Assembly (NCBI GenBank): GCA_964016885.1
Contig: OZ024741.1
Location: 177,072,001 to 177,136,000, forward strand
Source: Eledone cirrhosa
Lineage: Eukaryota
Reading direction: 5' to 3'
Length of the DNA: 64,000 nucleotides
Part shown: positions 42,441-53,912 of the stretch, piece after piece
How positions within the stretch are numbered: position 1 is the first letter of the stretch
Layout of the letters: every line of letters begins with the position of its first letter
Notes under the pieces: model-generated
What the model saw: the letters and a program-made list of their open reading frames with translations, nothing else
Databases searched by the model: none
Told to the model about the DNA's origin: nothing
Made by a program: the position numbers and the translations under genes

Positions 42441-45400
42441 GGCGACCTACGTAGTAAATCGTGTCATCGTGAGCTCTGCAAAGGTTTGTTATTTTCAGTT
42501 TTTTAAAATTGCCATTTATGGAAAATTTCTATCGTTAACTGTATATAAGTGCACATACATTGATTTCTGAAAAGGACACTCAAATATATTGGGGCCTTGA
42601 GCCGTAAGTTTAAACTTGTTTATATTACCAAACAAAAATGTTTCTTTGATAAATCATGGATGACTCAGAGTCACTCCTTCCTCACAATCTAACACCTCAC
42701 ACCGACACCACCATTGTAAATATTGCTACGTTTGCCAACACTGGAAATGTAAGCAGTACCAATATTTTAAATTTGTCTCAGGCAGACGTTCATTTCCCGC
42801 CATTGCCAATGACTGCAGGTGTTAAAGCCGCCACCCCCACCACCACCACAGACAACAGAAACAAAAGAAAAAAATAAATTAACTGATGATATCGAAATGA
42901 ATTCAGCCAAAATGAACTCTTCCCCACCGAACACCACTGACACCACCACCACCACCACAACTGAAACTAAAATTAACAATAACTAAAATAACGATAACAA
43001 CAACAGCAACAATAACATTAAGAAAACTACCCTGGGTTTTGCCAGAGTAGCAAAAACGTGCGAAGCGATCCACGTAACTCAGGAGGAATTAGAAGAGCCA
43101 AAGGAATGGTAAAGAAAGATCGGTACAGGGTCAGCCTCACCCCCTCACCCCCATCTAATAACATGGAGCATCGTCGCCTATGCACCGTGTCTAATCGGAC
43201 AACTAACATAAAATCGCGCCGAGTGGAACGGGCATCCGAGTCCCAAATCCAAAAAGCTTTGGGACATGTGTGGGCAAAAAAACCCCACATCAGACGTGGG
43301 CAGAAATATGGAACCGTTGACGTGTTCGTTGAAACACCACAGGAGGCCAGAGAACACTCCATGGCCCCATTAAGAAGTGACGACTTCACACTCGTCCCAT
43401 GATATTGTGGCCAGAGACTTGTGAAGATCAGGGTGACCCACGTTCCACCGGCCGTCGAAATTCCCTGGCTAATGGCTGCCGTCCACGCCGGCATCGAGGC
43501 CAACACCAAGATAATTGAAACAGCAAAAGAAAAGCAGGAGAACTGGTCCGGATCTGATCCAAGCGGACCATAAAAGCATTGAGGAGATCCCAGAGGTAAT
43601 AGACCTCACTGACGGCAGCCACCTCACCGTAATCGTCGATGGCAGAAGGCCTAGATGTGTCGTTTGTGGTGAAGGAACCAACCTAAGGGCTTTCTGCCCT
43701 CAGGCTAAAAAGTTGAGGCCACCTCTCTTACCCACCCCGTTGACTCAACCATCAAGACCACCAGCAGAAGAAACACAGCAACAACTGTAGCAGAAACAAC
43801 AGAAGCAATTGTAACAGCAACAACCCCAGCAACAGTAGCAAAACCAACAACACCACCACCCAACGCGCCAGAACTAGCACCAGCGCCTACACCATCCACC
43901 ACGCCACAACCAAAACCAACGCCTGAGGAGGATTTTCCACTCCCCGGCTTATCGCAACTGGAGACAGATTGTGACGACGAGGAGTGGGAAACGGTATCAG
44001 GAAAAAAGAAAAAAAGAAACCAAAAAAGAAAAAATTGTCTTCCTTCCCGCTCCAAAAACAAAATACAGAGGGAAACAAATACATTATCAAACAAAACAGT
44101 TAGGACAGATATGCCACCATCCACACCAGCATCACCAACCCCATCACCATCATTAACCCCAACACCAACATCACCAACACCACAAAGGTCACCAAAAAGC
44201 GTAACAGAAACAAACCCACAACAAACGCAAACAAAACAAAACAGCAAAAACGATACACACTACACAGCATTAAATTTGAACAACAACCAATCATTACACT
44301 ACATGCAACACAACACGAGCATCACATAAAAAGACTACGCAACAACCCAACAGTTCACACCACCTCCACACATACAAATCACTCGCATCATACAGAAAAC
44401 GTACACGACACTCAAACAAAAATTTCCCAAAGACATCCGAGACTTCAAACAAACACTCTCCAGGAGGATTTATAAGGACATCCTTCCGGAGGAGGCCACA
44501 AGAAGTGAAAAGGATGGACAAACCATCCTTCCTCTACGAGCAATAAGGTAAGTGGTCTTTCCCATCTTTTCCATTCCATTTCAACATGACCTCACTCAAA
44601 ATAGGCAGCATAAATGAGCGTGGCTTGGGGTCGTCATGGAAGCAGGGCCACCTGCTCAACGACCTCAGGTCACTAAACATAGATGTAGTGGCCATCAGCG
44701 AGACCAGAATCTCCGAAGCACGGGCCTTCGCACCGATCTTCGGCGGCTACGATGTGTACGCATCTCCCAGCCGTCCGGGATCGGGGGAGGAGGAATTGAT
44801 GTGCTTTTTCGGAGAGCTTTGGATCTCGCCATACGGGCCATTGCTCCTGGACCCAGAAGGTAAGTTGGTGGTGCTAGACGTGACCAGCGGAGACGGGAAA
44901 GCTTTCAGGCGAGTGGCCGTCTATGCCCCGACAGCAGCAGGGCGGCCTGATTTCTTCCGGCGTCTGGAGAACTTTCTTGGGACGTCCCGGTCTTTAGTGT
45001 TAGTGGGCGACTGGACCGGGATCTTAGATGCACATTGGGAATGTGTGGGATTAGCGGATAGGGGAGGAGGGTGCAAGACCCTCACCAACCTGCTCAGGCG
45101 TTTTGAACTGTCTGACAGATACCGATTGGATTTCCCGAATGTGCCAATGTGGACTTGGACAAATCGCATAGGGTCATTCAGATCATATATATATAGAGTA
45201 TTTTGTAGAGAAATAGAGAGGTCTAGCATAGCCTGTCCACAATTCAAGATAGTAAGCTACACGGACCACAAATTCGTGATCTGTGTGCTTGACTTAGATA
45301 GCCTTCATAGACGAGGACCCGGCTACTGGAAGCTTAAAAGCTCCTTACCGGCGCGCAAGGCCTACAGAGACCGGATTAGCGAACTAGTTAAGCGGGCGTT

Positions 45401-48230
45401 GACGGGGGACATCGTCAACAAGTGGTGGTTTGCTCTGAAAAGAGCAATTAGAATAGAGTCCATTAGGTTTAGTAAGGCTTTAGCAATAGAGAAAAATAGA
45501 GCAGAGGAAAATTAGTTAGAAAATTAGACGAGGCGCTTAGCAAAGGCATCGTCACCGGCGTACTTGCGGCGAAATTGGCCCTTGACCAATTCTTCAATGC
45601 AAAGCACGAAGGCTGCATTGTCAGAGCTAGGGTGCGTGCTCTCAGACACGACGGGACGAAAGCCGTTCAATGGGCCCTAGTGGCGGAGGCGCGTCGTGGC
45701 AACAAAGTCACGATCCGGTCTTTGGTGGACCATGACGGGCGCATGCTATCGATCCCGAGCAAATGTGTTAAGCTTTTCAGCGAGACTTCGCTGAGTTGTG
45801 CGGGGACAGCGGCGGGCCGGATCGAGGGATGGACTTTAGTATCTAGCTCGTGACTGCCGCGGCTCTCGGCCACTGAGGCGGAGTGTTGCGAAAAGCCGAT
45901 AACAGCCGCTGAAGTACGGGAGGCAATGACTAGCTGCACAAGGGGTAAATCGCCTGGTTTGGATGGTCTGATCTAGGAACTTTACGTACAGATGCCATAC
46001 TTGTTCGGAGGCCTCTTGGCGGACGTCTACTGCAACTGGCAACAGAACGGGAGAATTCCCAGCTCTGTGAGCCGAGGAGCTGTGGCGCTGCTGAGAAAGG
46101 ATCCGAACAAGGGGGGATAAGAGATAATGTTAGGCCCATAACTCTGCTAAACACAGAGTTCAAGATTTTGGCCAAGGTGCTAGCAAAGAGGTTGGCGCTT
46201 GTCGTTGGTGGTCTGGTGCGCCATTACCGACAGATCCATCCCCGACAACCTCCACCTCATGCGATACATAGTAGAGAGGGTAGCTAGGGATCCTGGCACG
46301 GGTGGGTCCTTGATCAATTTAGATCAGTCGAAAGCTTTCCATAGGGTCGACCATCGTTACCTAGCGGCAGTCCTGAGGGTGGCTGGCTTTGGGCCCGTTT
46401 ACAGAGGCTGGATCGCTGCCATGCAGAGCGACATCTGCTCTGTGGTGAGAGTGAACGGTCACTTGTCGGAACCATTCAACATCATGCGCTCGGTCCGCCA
46501 AGGATGTCCCCTCTCGTCCCTCTTGTACGTATTGACTCTCGAGCCATTACTGCGCAAACTGGAGACGTTGAAGGGGGTACGGCGCGAGCTAGGATGAGGA
46601 AGATCCGTGTCAGTATATGCGGACGATGTCACCGTAGTGGTGCCGAACGCCAAACACATCGAGGCGATCGGCACTACACTACGAGAATACGAAGCGGTGA
46701 CAGGAGCAATGATCAACCCAAAAAAGTCAGTAGGCCTGCAGCTCGGCACCTGGAGAGGCAGGTCCATGCCGTCCAACAGCGTCGTCGGGCACAGGACGGA
46801 CGGACCGGTTAAATTGTTAGGTGTCTGGTTCGGTCCGGACCTCCAGACGGACAAAAACTGGGACGAGGTGACGAGCAAGGTGGCTTCTTTCACCCAGAAA
46901 TGGGCGGAGAGGAAGGTTTTCCTGAAAGGTCAAGCGAGGTGGCTAACGCGCATGTCGCGTCCGTCATCTACTACCACCTGACCGTCATACCTTGTCCTAA
47001 GCCCCGCCTGACTGCGCTGGAGCGTATGCTCATTCGATTTTTGTGGAAGGGACGCGCTCCGATGGTCAGGCGGTCCATCTGATGTCAACACCCGCTACGT
47101 GGTGGGCTGGGCATGCCGTGGCTGGTGATGCGCAGGCACGCGCTCAGGCTACGACATCTCCACCTCTTCCTCGACGGTGATCAGGTGTGGTCGCCGTTTG
47201 TTAGACACGTCTTTCCCCAGCTCGTCTCCTTGACGGAGCTGCAGTCCTGGATCAAGCGAAGACCGAGAGGGAGCGCTTGGAGACTGGAATGTCTTCAGGC
47301 ACTCACAGCCCTCGACCAATCGGGCAATGTGATCGGTGGAAACTCCTCCTTAGCGTTCTATAGAGGATTAGTGGAGGGGAAGAGCGACGACGTACTTGGA
47401 GAAACTCTAGGCGTCGACGAATATCAACTAGCCAATCTCTTCGGGAGTACTTTCGGGCCGGGGCCTATGGACAACTTCCAGAAATCCCTGGTCTGGCAGT
47501 GCTACCGAGGAGCTTTGCCAGTTCGGGATAAACTCTACAGGCATGGAGGTGCCGTCAGTCGGGCATGTCCGAGACGCTGGCAAGGCGACGAAACCGTCCT
47601 GCATGCATTCGTCCAGTGTCCGAGCATTGCTGACTTGTGTGTTTATGTCGAACACTTGCGGTCACGTGTAGGACGGATCCAGCTATCAGCTGAGTCTATC
47701 GTGAGGATTGCCCCGCCCTCTTCCTTTAGCCGGGAAGGGCAGGCAGTGTTTATCTGTTAAGTGACCATGGCGAAAGAGATAGTATGGTGGACACGTTTGA
47801 AAGGGCTGAAGACGAGAACTTACCTCTTCGGTAGTGCCCTGATTAACTTTTTCAAATTTCATTTGAAAAGGAAAATCAGGGTAGAGGGGGAAGTGCTCTC
47901 TTCCCAGCATTTTGTTGAAAGATGGGTGAGAGAAGCAAGTATGGCCCGAGTGAATGGGCCTACTCTGAGTACGTATCTGTAAATTAAAGGTGGAAACCTG
48001 AGAGAGGGCACTTGCCCTGGTGGTCAGGGTTACTGTGGGCTTTTTAATGGGCTTTCTCTACAAATGTCCCTCGGAAGTCTCCTCCCTATTGGGGAATTTT
48101 TCATTGTTATTTTTTATTACATCCTCTGTTTTTTTTAAACGCGGAAATGCCTATTTATACCATCCTGTACTGTCCTGCACAGTTCTTAATGTCTACTTTA
48201 TGTAAACCCTCGTGGTTAATAAAGAAATAA
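42441..48230 (+). mobile_element. Full-length decayed Tx1 copy (ORF1 relic ~42656-44551, ORF2 relic 44586-47982)
   Basis: ORF2/3'UTR align nucleotide-for-nucleotide with 34494-38175 apart from scattered stops/indels; ORF1 homologous mainly at protein level (TVS.RT...KSRRVERA.E.QIQKALG.VW; CVVCGEGTNLRAFC). Confidence 0.93.
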
Positions 48231-48251
48231 TAATTATTCTTATTATTGCAT

Positions 48252-48347
48252 TGGTTAACTTTGCCTTTCATCCTTACGGGGTTGATAACATAAAGTACCA
48301 GTAATGCACTTGAATAATTGCTGGTCTTGTTCCAAAAGTAGAAACAA
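48252..48347 (+). mobile_element. SINE 3' half with (ATT)n tail
   Basis: ggttaactttgcctttcatccttacggggttgat...agtagaaacaattattatt. Confidence 0.85.
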
Positions 48348-48750
48348 TTATTATTATTATTATTATTATTTGTTGTTGTTGTTGTTATTATTATGAGACG
48401 GCGGTAACTACGGCGTAGTAAGTTAGTTGAATTTTTTATGAGTTACCGAAAGTTCTATATATTATTTTTAATATCCGTGTGTAATTAAAGAACCCCTCTG
48501 TCAAAGGATATGGTTTTTTAACTGTATCTCGCGCCGTTGAGGGCTAAATATGCATTTATTGTCAATCATAACCCCCAAATTTAAAAAAAAACAGGGAGGA
48601 ACAGCGAGTTGTTCGGAGGGTGGAACGCAATTTCCACCCAATCACAAGGCAAAGTAAAAAAAACAAGAGGAACAGCACCAGTATCATAAATAAGAGACAG
48701 TTTAATTTGTACATTTTATTACAGCATTCCTTTATACGTATATATAAGTT

Positions 48751-48823
<73 letters not shown>

Positions 48824-48920
48824 GTTAATTACAGTCGTATAAAAAAGAAGTATACTTGTTTCTACATTTCTCACAAGGTCAGCAATTATCCCAGTACATT
48901 ATTGGTTTCTGTATTACATA

Positions 48921-50359
48921 CTAGCAGTAAAGCCCGGCGTTGCTCGGGGTCGCTCAGTAGATGTGTTAAAGTTACAATGTTAAGTTTCTTTCTTGGCTTA
49001 AAAACTGTAGTGTCTACTGTGCAGACTTGCATGTGGTGTTTTTGATTAATATTCCCTCAACCAACAATATGCCTTATGAAGTTAATAAACATAACGATAA
49101 CCCGAATGTTATAACAAAAGAGGATGCTGGGGATAAAAACTGCACTGGTTATTTATTAACAAAGATCGAAAATGTAAACACTGCAACGCAGATAAAAACA
49201 TTAGCGTAACCAAATTATCAGTTATGTCTGTCTGCACGCCTATATCACCTCTCTGCACGACTGTCTGTCTGCACGCCTATATCACCTCTCTGCACGACTG
49301 TCTGTCTGCACGCCTATATCACCTCTCTGCACAACTATCTGTCTGCACGCGTATATCACCTCTCTGCACGACTGTCTGTCTGCACGACTGTCTGTCTGCA
49401 CGCCTAACGACGAAATATTTGCTTGTTTTACGTAGTCTTTAAATAGACTTGTTTTCAAGTAAAAATATTGTTTTAAAATGCTTTTAAATGGAAATGAAGC
49501 TAAACGGAAGCCTAGTGTTCGAACTGATGAATTTTGCAGGTCAATATTTTGCTGGCTCGACAACTGTTAATGTCATTTTAAACGCTGAGAAAGCCAGCGT
49601 AATTTTTTACGTAAGACGCTCAATGTAAACAGAACAAAGGGAAATAACTGATAACTTACGCTCAAAAATCGATACATTATATTCGATTTCGTCACTTAGA
49701 AACTGCACTGGTTATTTATTAACAAAGATCGAAAATGTAAACACTGCAACGCAGAGAAAAACATTAGCGTAACCAAATTATCAGTTATGTCTGTTTGCAA
49801 GCCTATACCACCTCTCTGCACGACTGTCTGTCTGCACGCCTATATCACCTATCTGCACGACTGTCTGTCTGCACGCCTATATCACCTCTCTGCACGACTG
49901 TCTGTCTGCACGACTGTCTGTCTGCACGCCTAACGACGAAATATTTGCTTGTTTTACGTAGTCTTTAAATAGACTTGTTTTCAAGTAAAAATATTGTTTT
50001 AAAATGCTTTTAAATGGAAATGAAGCAAAACGGAAGCTTAGTGTTCGAACTGATGAATTCTGCAGGTCAATATTTTGCTGGCTCGACAACTGTTAAAGCC
50101 AGCGTAATTTTTTACGTAAGACGCTCAATGTAAACAGAACAAAGGGAAATAACTGATAACTTACGCTCAAAAATCGATACATTATATTCGATTTCGTCAC
50201 ATAGGGTGGGTCAATTTGAAATTTTCTTTTTCCGATGTCTTCGCTAGGGCTCAATGTACAAGTATAGCAATTTCGGTGCAATTCCGTGAGATATTCTAAG
50301 AGGAGATGTGTGCCAAAAATCGATAGACAGACAGACAACCACAGTTTTATATATATAGA
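48921..50359 (-). mobile_element. Non-autonomous Helitron (Lep1-like architecture)
   Basis: Minus strand: A|TCTATATATATAAAA 5' end followed by (CTGT)n; 3' GC hairpin cccgagcaacgccggg then CTAG|T; A/T target; sits next to a SINE fragment at 48855-48910. Confidence 0.85.
49140..50200. repeat. ~560-bp tandem duplication inside the Helitron, with a ~33-bp minisatellite (ctgtctgtctgcacgcctatatcacctctctgcacga)
   Basis: 49140-49700 repeated at 49701-50200 with small indels. Confidence 0.9.
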
Positions 50360-50584
50360 TAATATAAATAATACAACATTCCTCTCTCTTTCTCACTCTG
50401 TCTTTTTAGATAGATATATAGCTATAACGTTGCGCGCTTAAAATATCAGTCTGTATAGACAAACAGACTGATATTTTAAGCGCCTGCATTAACTTCGCTT
50501 CTAACCAACTTTTAATTACATATATATATGTGTGGATGCCGTAGAACACGGAAATAGTAGCTGGGTGCCAGCCGGACAGGCCCG

Positions 50585-50621
<37 letters not shown>

Positions 50622-50624
<3 letters not shown>

Positions 50625-50811
50625 ATGGTTTCTACTTTAGGCACAAGGCCAGCAATTACCCAGTGCATTACTGGTACTTTATTTTATCGCCCCCGTAAGG
50701 ATGAAAGGCAAAGTCAACCTCGGCGGGATTTGAACTCAGATCGTAAAGGGACGTAACTATGCTGGAAAGCATGGCGTCCGACCCTCTACCGATACTGCCA
50801 ATCCACCGCCC
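50622..50811 (-). mobile_element. Best-preserved tRNA-derived SINE (core resembles Meta/Sauria-type gcctttcatcc...aaaat..agtaccag domain)
   Basis: A box TGGCAGTATCGG (50789-50800), B box GAGTTCAAATCC (~50726-50737); at least eight related copies in the window; core-domain assignment from memory. Confidence 0.88.
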
Positions 50812-50920
50812 TACTATATATATAGTAATAATAATAAATATGAAGACTAAAATCCGAAGAGGGCTCGATAAGGATAATATATATATAAAAAATATGAAAC
50901 CATAGAATAAATATTTATGA

Positions 50921-51051
50921 AAAATAACAGATTAATGTTGAAGCAAAGAATCGGTGCTTTCACTGTAACCGGGATCTTCTGAAACTGTTTCAGAAGATCC
51001 CGTTAAGGGTGAAAGCAGCGATTCTTTGCTTAAACTTTAATCTGTTATTTT
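50921..51051. repeat. 65-bp-arm palindrome next to a decayed PLE 3' end
   Basis: aaaataacagattaa...gggatcttctgaaac|t|gtttcagaagatccc...ttaatctgttatttt. Confidence 0.85.
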
Positions 51052-51099
51052 AATATATATATAAGTAGTTCCTCAATTCACCAATTCCGAGAACAATTT

Positions 51100-52437
51100 G
51101 TTTCAAATGGATCCTCAGCTCAGTTTAAATGAGACTATACGGAAAAGGAAAACAATTATTCGAATACCTATGTGCAGAAGAAGCTCTTTCCGAAAGAGAA
51201 GCTATCCACGTTAGATCGATGGACTGAGGTTAGTGTGAAAATTCAGAATATAGTCTAGTGATTTCGTCCGCTAGTCAGTCTGGGGCTTTCAAATTACGTA
51301 ATAGATGTTTCGAAACGTGAGGACCATGTGTGTAAAAATCAGATCTTTCTTTTAGTGAAGGAATATTACGCAATCTCCTAAAGATTTTGATTCTTTCTTT
51401 TCCGTATGGTTTAGAATTGGTTTTAACTTACCGTGGAATAGAGTAATCCACATCTGCGTCCTTGAGGGCCCATATGTGGCTTGCGAGCTTCGTGGAGATC
51501 GTTTGTCCGGGCGTCTGATTATCAACAGATGATTCAGGAAGCGTTCTTTAAATCGGCCTTCCGCCATACCTACATAGGTTTCGACCACTTGTTGTTGATT
51601 TGGTCGGTTCGAACTGACGACAGCTTCGCAAATTACACCGAGTGTGTTGCTCTGTTGTTGAAGGGGACAAGCTTCAGGCCTTCGGCACGAGCATTCTGTT
51701 GGGGCTGTGCTCTAAGTGTTGTTGGTGATATGACCTTTCATATTCTTAGCAAAGAAGCAGCTGAGTTTCACTCTGTATCTGTTAAAGATGGATCGGTATT
51801 TACAACATATGCGGAAGTGCCTATCTAGGACAGCTAAACATATATTATCTGCATTAGTTTCAACGTTGAGTGAAAAGGGTGGGGCCAAATTATGTTTCTA
51901 TTAGCATTACTTTTTTTCTATTGATGTTGGCGTTAGGAGAGGAGACAACAATTGACTCAGGGAAGCCGCTGTTAGCTAACGCCACGTTGTAATAGGATGC
52001 CACTCTGTCAAAGTTTTTTTTTTTTTAGAAGAGAGGCTAGTAATTCTTGAGCCTATATATTTCACGAAGTTTCTGAATACTGTAGATGCGTGGCATGAGT
52101 TTTTGTGTATGTAATTTAGTTTCTCATTAAGTTTCCGGAAGGGTCTAGAGGTAAATTTATGTCTAAGTAATCTACGCTAGTAAGGTTAGTTGCTACTGTG
52201 ATCCTAAGTCCTTAAATGCTTAAATTAAATATTTTATAAAACAGTCCAGGTGGTCACCACTGTTAAGGATTGATACGGTCAGACAATCATCGCGGTACAA
52301 GCCCGTGTGGAAGTCCGGGAGTCCTGGTTTGTAACGTATCTAAGATAAGTAGCCAACCAAGTCGCTTTTATCAGCACTATCAAATGATCCCATTGATACG
52401 TCGAACAGTTCTGAAGTAGTTGACTTCTCTGTCCAGG

Positions 52438-52438
<1 letters not shown>
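51100..52438 (-). mobile_element. Decayed Penelope-like element (YRDD-type RT + GIY-YIG remnants)
   Basis: FDVSMGSFDSAD..DLVGYL, GLYRDDCL, ETYVGMAEGRFKERFLNH. Confidence 0.8.
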
Positions 52439-52475
<37 letters not shown>

Positions 52476-52599
52476 ACGTATATATAATGTATTTTGCAAT
52501 ATACTTTATGCTTAATTAAAAACATTTTGAAGACGGTATGCTATTGTTTTAGAGTAGTGACGCATTCACTTACTTTAATCTCAGCAAACAGGGGAGATA

Positions 52600-52644
52600 A
52601 GCCGACAAGGCCTTGTTTCGCTTTTGTTGAAGCTTATCAAGGCT
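52600..52644 (-). ncRNA. Same hammerhead, inverted copy
   Basis: Reverse complement of 53329-53373. Confidence 0.8.
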
Positions 52645-53328
52645 AACTACTCCCTCCTGTCTACCGCGATCACTGATGTTATATTCTTATAGAATTCTAG
52701 TAAATAATCAGGAACTGATTATACAGAAATTAAAAATTAGAATTGGAGCTCTGAAATAGCAATATATATATGGATGTATATATAATGTATTTTGCAATAC
52801 ACTTTATGCTTAATTAAAAGCATTTTGAAGACCGTATGCTATTGTTTTAGAGTAGTGACAAGTTCACTTACTTTAATTATACATCCATATATATATTGCT
52901 ATTTCAGAGCTCCAATTCTAATTTTTAATTTCTGCCTGACCAACAATCGCTCTGTATAATCAGTTCCTGATTATTTACTAGAATTCTATAAGAATATAAC
53001 ATCAGTGATCTCGGTAGACAGGAGGGAGTAGTTAGCCTTGATAAGCTTCAACAAAAGCGAAACAAGGCCGCTGAGATTAAAGTAAGTGAATTTGTCACTA
53101 CTCTAAAACAATAGCATACGGTCTTCAAAATACTTTTAATTAAGCATAAAGTGTATTGCAAAATACATTATATATACATCCATATATATATTGCTATTTT
53201 AGAGCTCCAATTCTAATTTTTAATTTCTGCCTGACCAACAATCGCTCTGTATAATCAGTTCCTGATTATTTACTAGAATTCTATAAGAATATAACATCAG
53301 TGATCTCGGTAGACAGGAGGGAGTAGTT

Positions 53329-53373
53329 AGCCTTGATAAGCTTCAACAAAAGCGAAACAAGGCCTTGTCGGCT
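53329..53373 (+). ncRNA. Type I hammerhead ribozyme, U3-A8 core variant
   Basis: agcc-TTGATAA-gctt(caacaa)aagc-GAAA-caaggccttg-TC^ggct; palindromic stem III ACAAGGCCTTGT; GUC cleavage after 53369. Confidence 0.82.
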
Positions 53374-53912
53374 TATCTCCCCTGTTTGCTGAGATTAAAG
53401 TAAGTGAATGTGTCACTACTCTAAAACAATAGCATACGGTCTTCAAAATGCTTTTAATTAAGCATAAAGTGTATTGCAAAATACATTATATATACATCCA
53501 TATATATATTGCTATTTCAGAGCTCCAATTCTAATTTTTAATTTCTGGCTGAACAACAATCGCTCTGTATAATCAGTTCCTGATTATTTACTAGAATTAT
53601 ATAAGAATATAACATCAGTGATCTCGGTAGACAGGAGGTGTGGTGATTTTAGATATTTCTTGTATTAGGTTACGCTTTAGTTTTTCTTGATGACTTAATT
53701 CTCTATAGATCTTCTTTTTTATGTTTAGAATTAAAGTTCGTTTTAGCCTATCTGCTTGTTTTTTGGTGAGTTGTAATCTTCTAACGTCGGTATTGATGGT
53801 GTTGGTGTAGATTCTAGAAGTGGTGCACAGTTTTATGAAGCGTAGTTGTCGAGATGTTATGGTTTTTCGTAGACAACAGAACATGGTGGTTTTCAGTATC
53901 TTGTTAGCCTGA

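Larger units (their letters stand above)
52471..53638. repeat. 318-nt hammerhead-containing unit: ~1.3 inverted copies (52471-52878) then ~2.4 direct copies (52880-53638)
   Basis: catccatatatatattgctattt recurs at ~52883, 53177, 53495; copies nearly identical. Confidence 0.92.

Noticed and set aside
24688-47910. Numerous antisense or alternate-frame ORFs over the Tx1 and R4 elements
   Set aside because: Shadows of the real TE ORFs with no motifs of their own.
49224-49400. Regular ~33-bp repeats suggesting a CRISPR array
   Set aside because: No unique spacers, eukaryotic context, inside a Helitron; it is a minisatellite.
50720-50811. A/B boxes suggesting a tRNA gene
   Set aside because: No cloverleaf; it is the head of a multi-copy SINE.
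51245-51290. Minus-strand ctgactag..ggacgaaa as a hammerhead
   Set aside because: Core is non-canonical and stem II cannot form.
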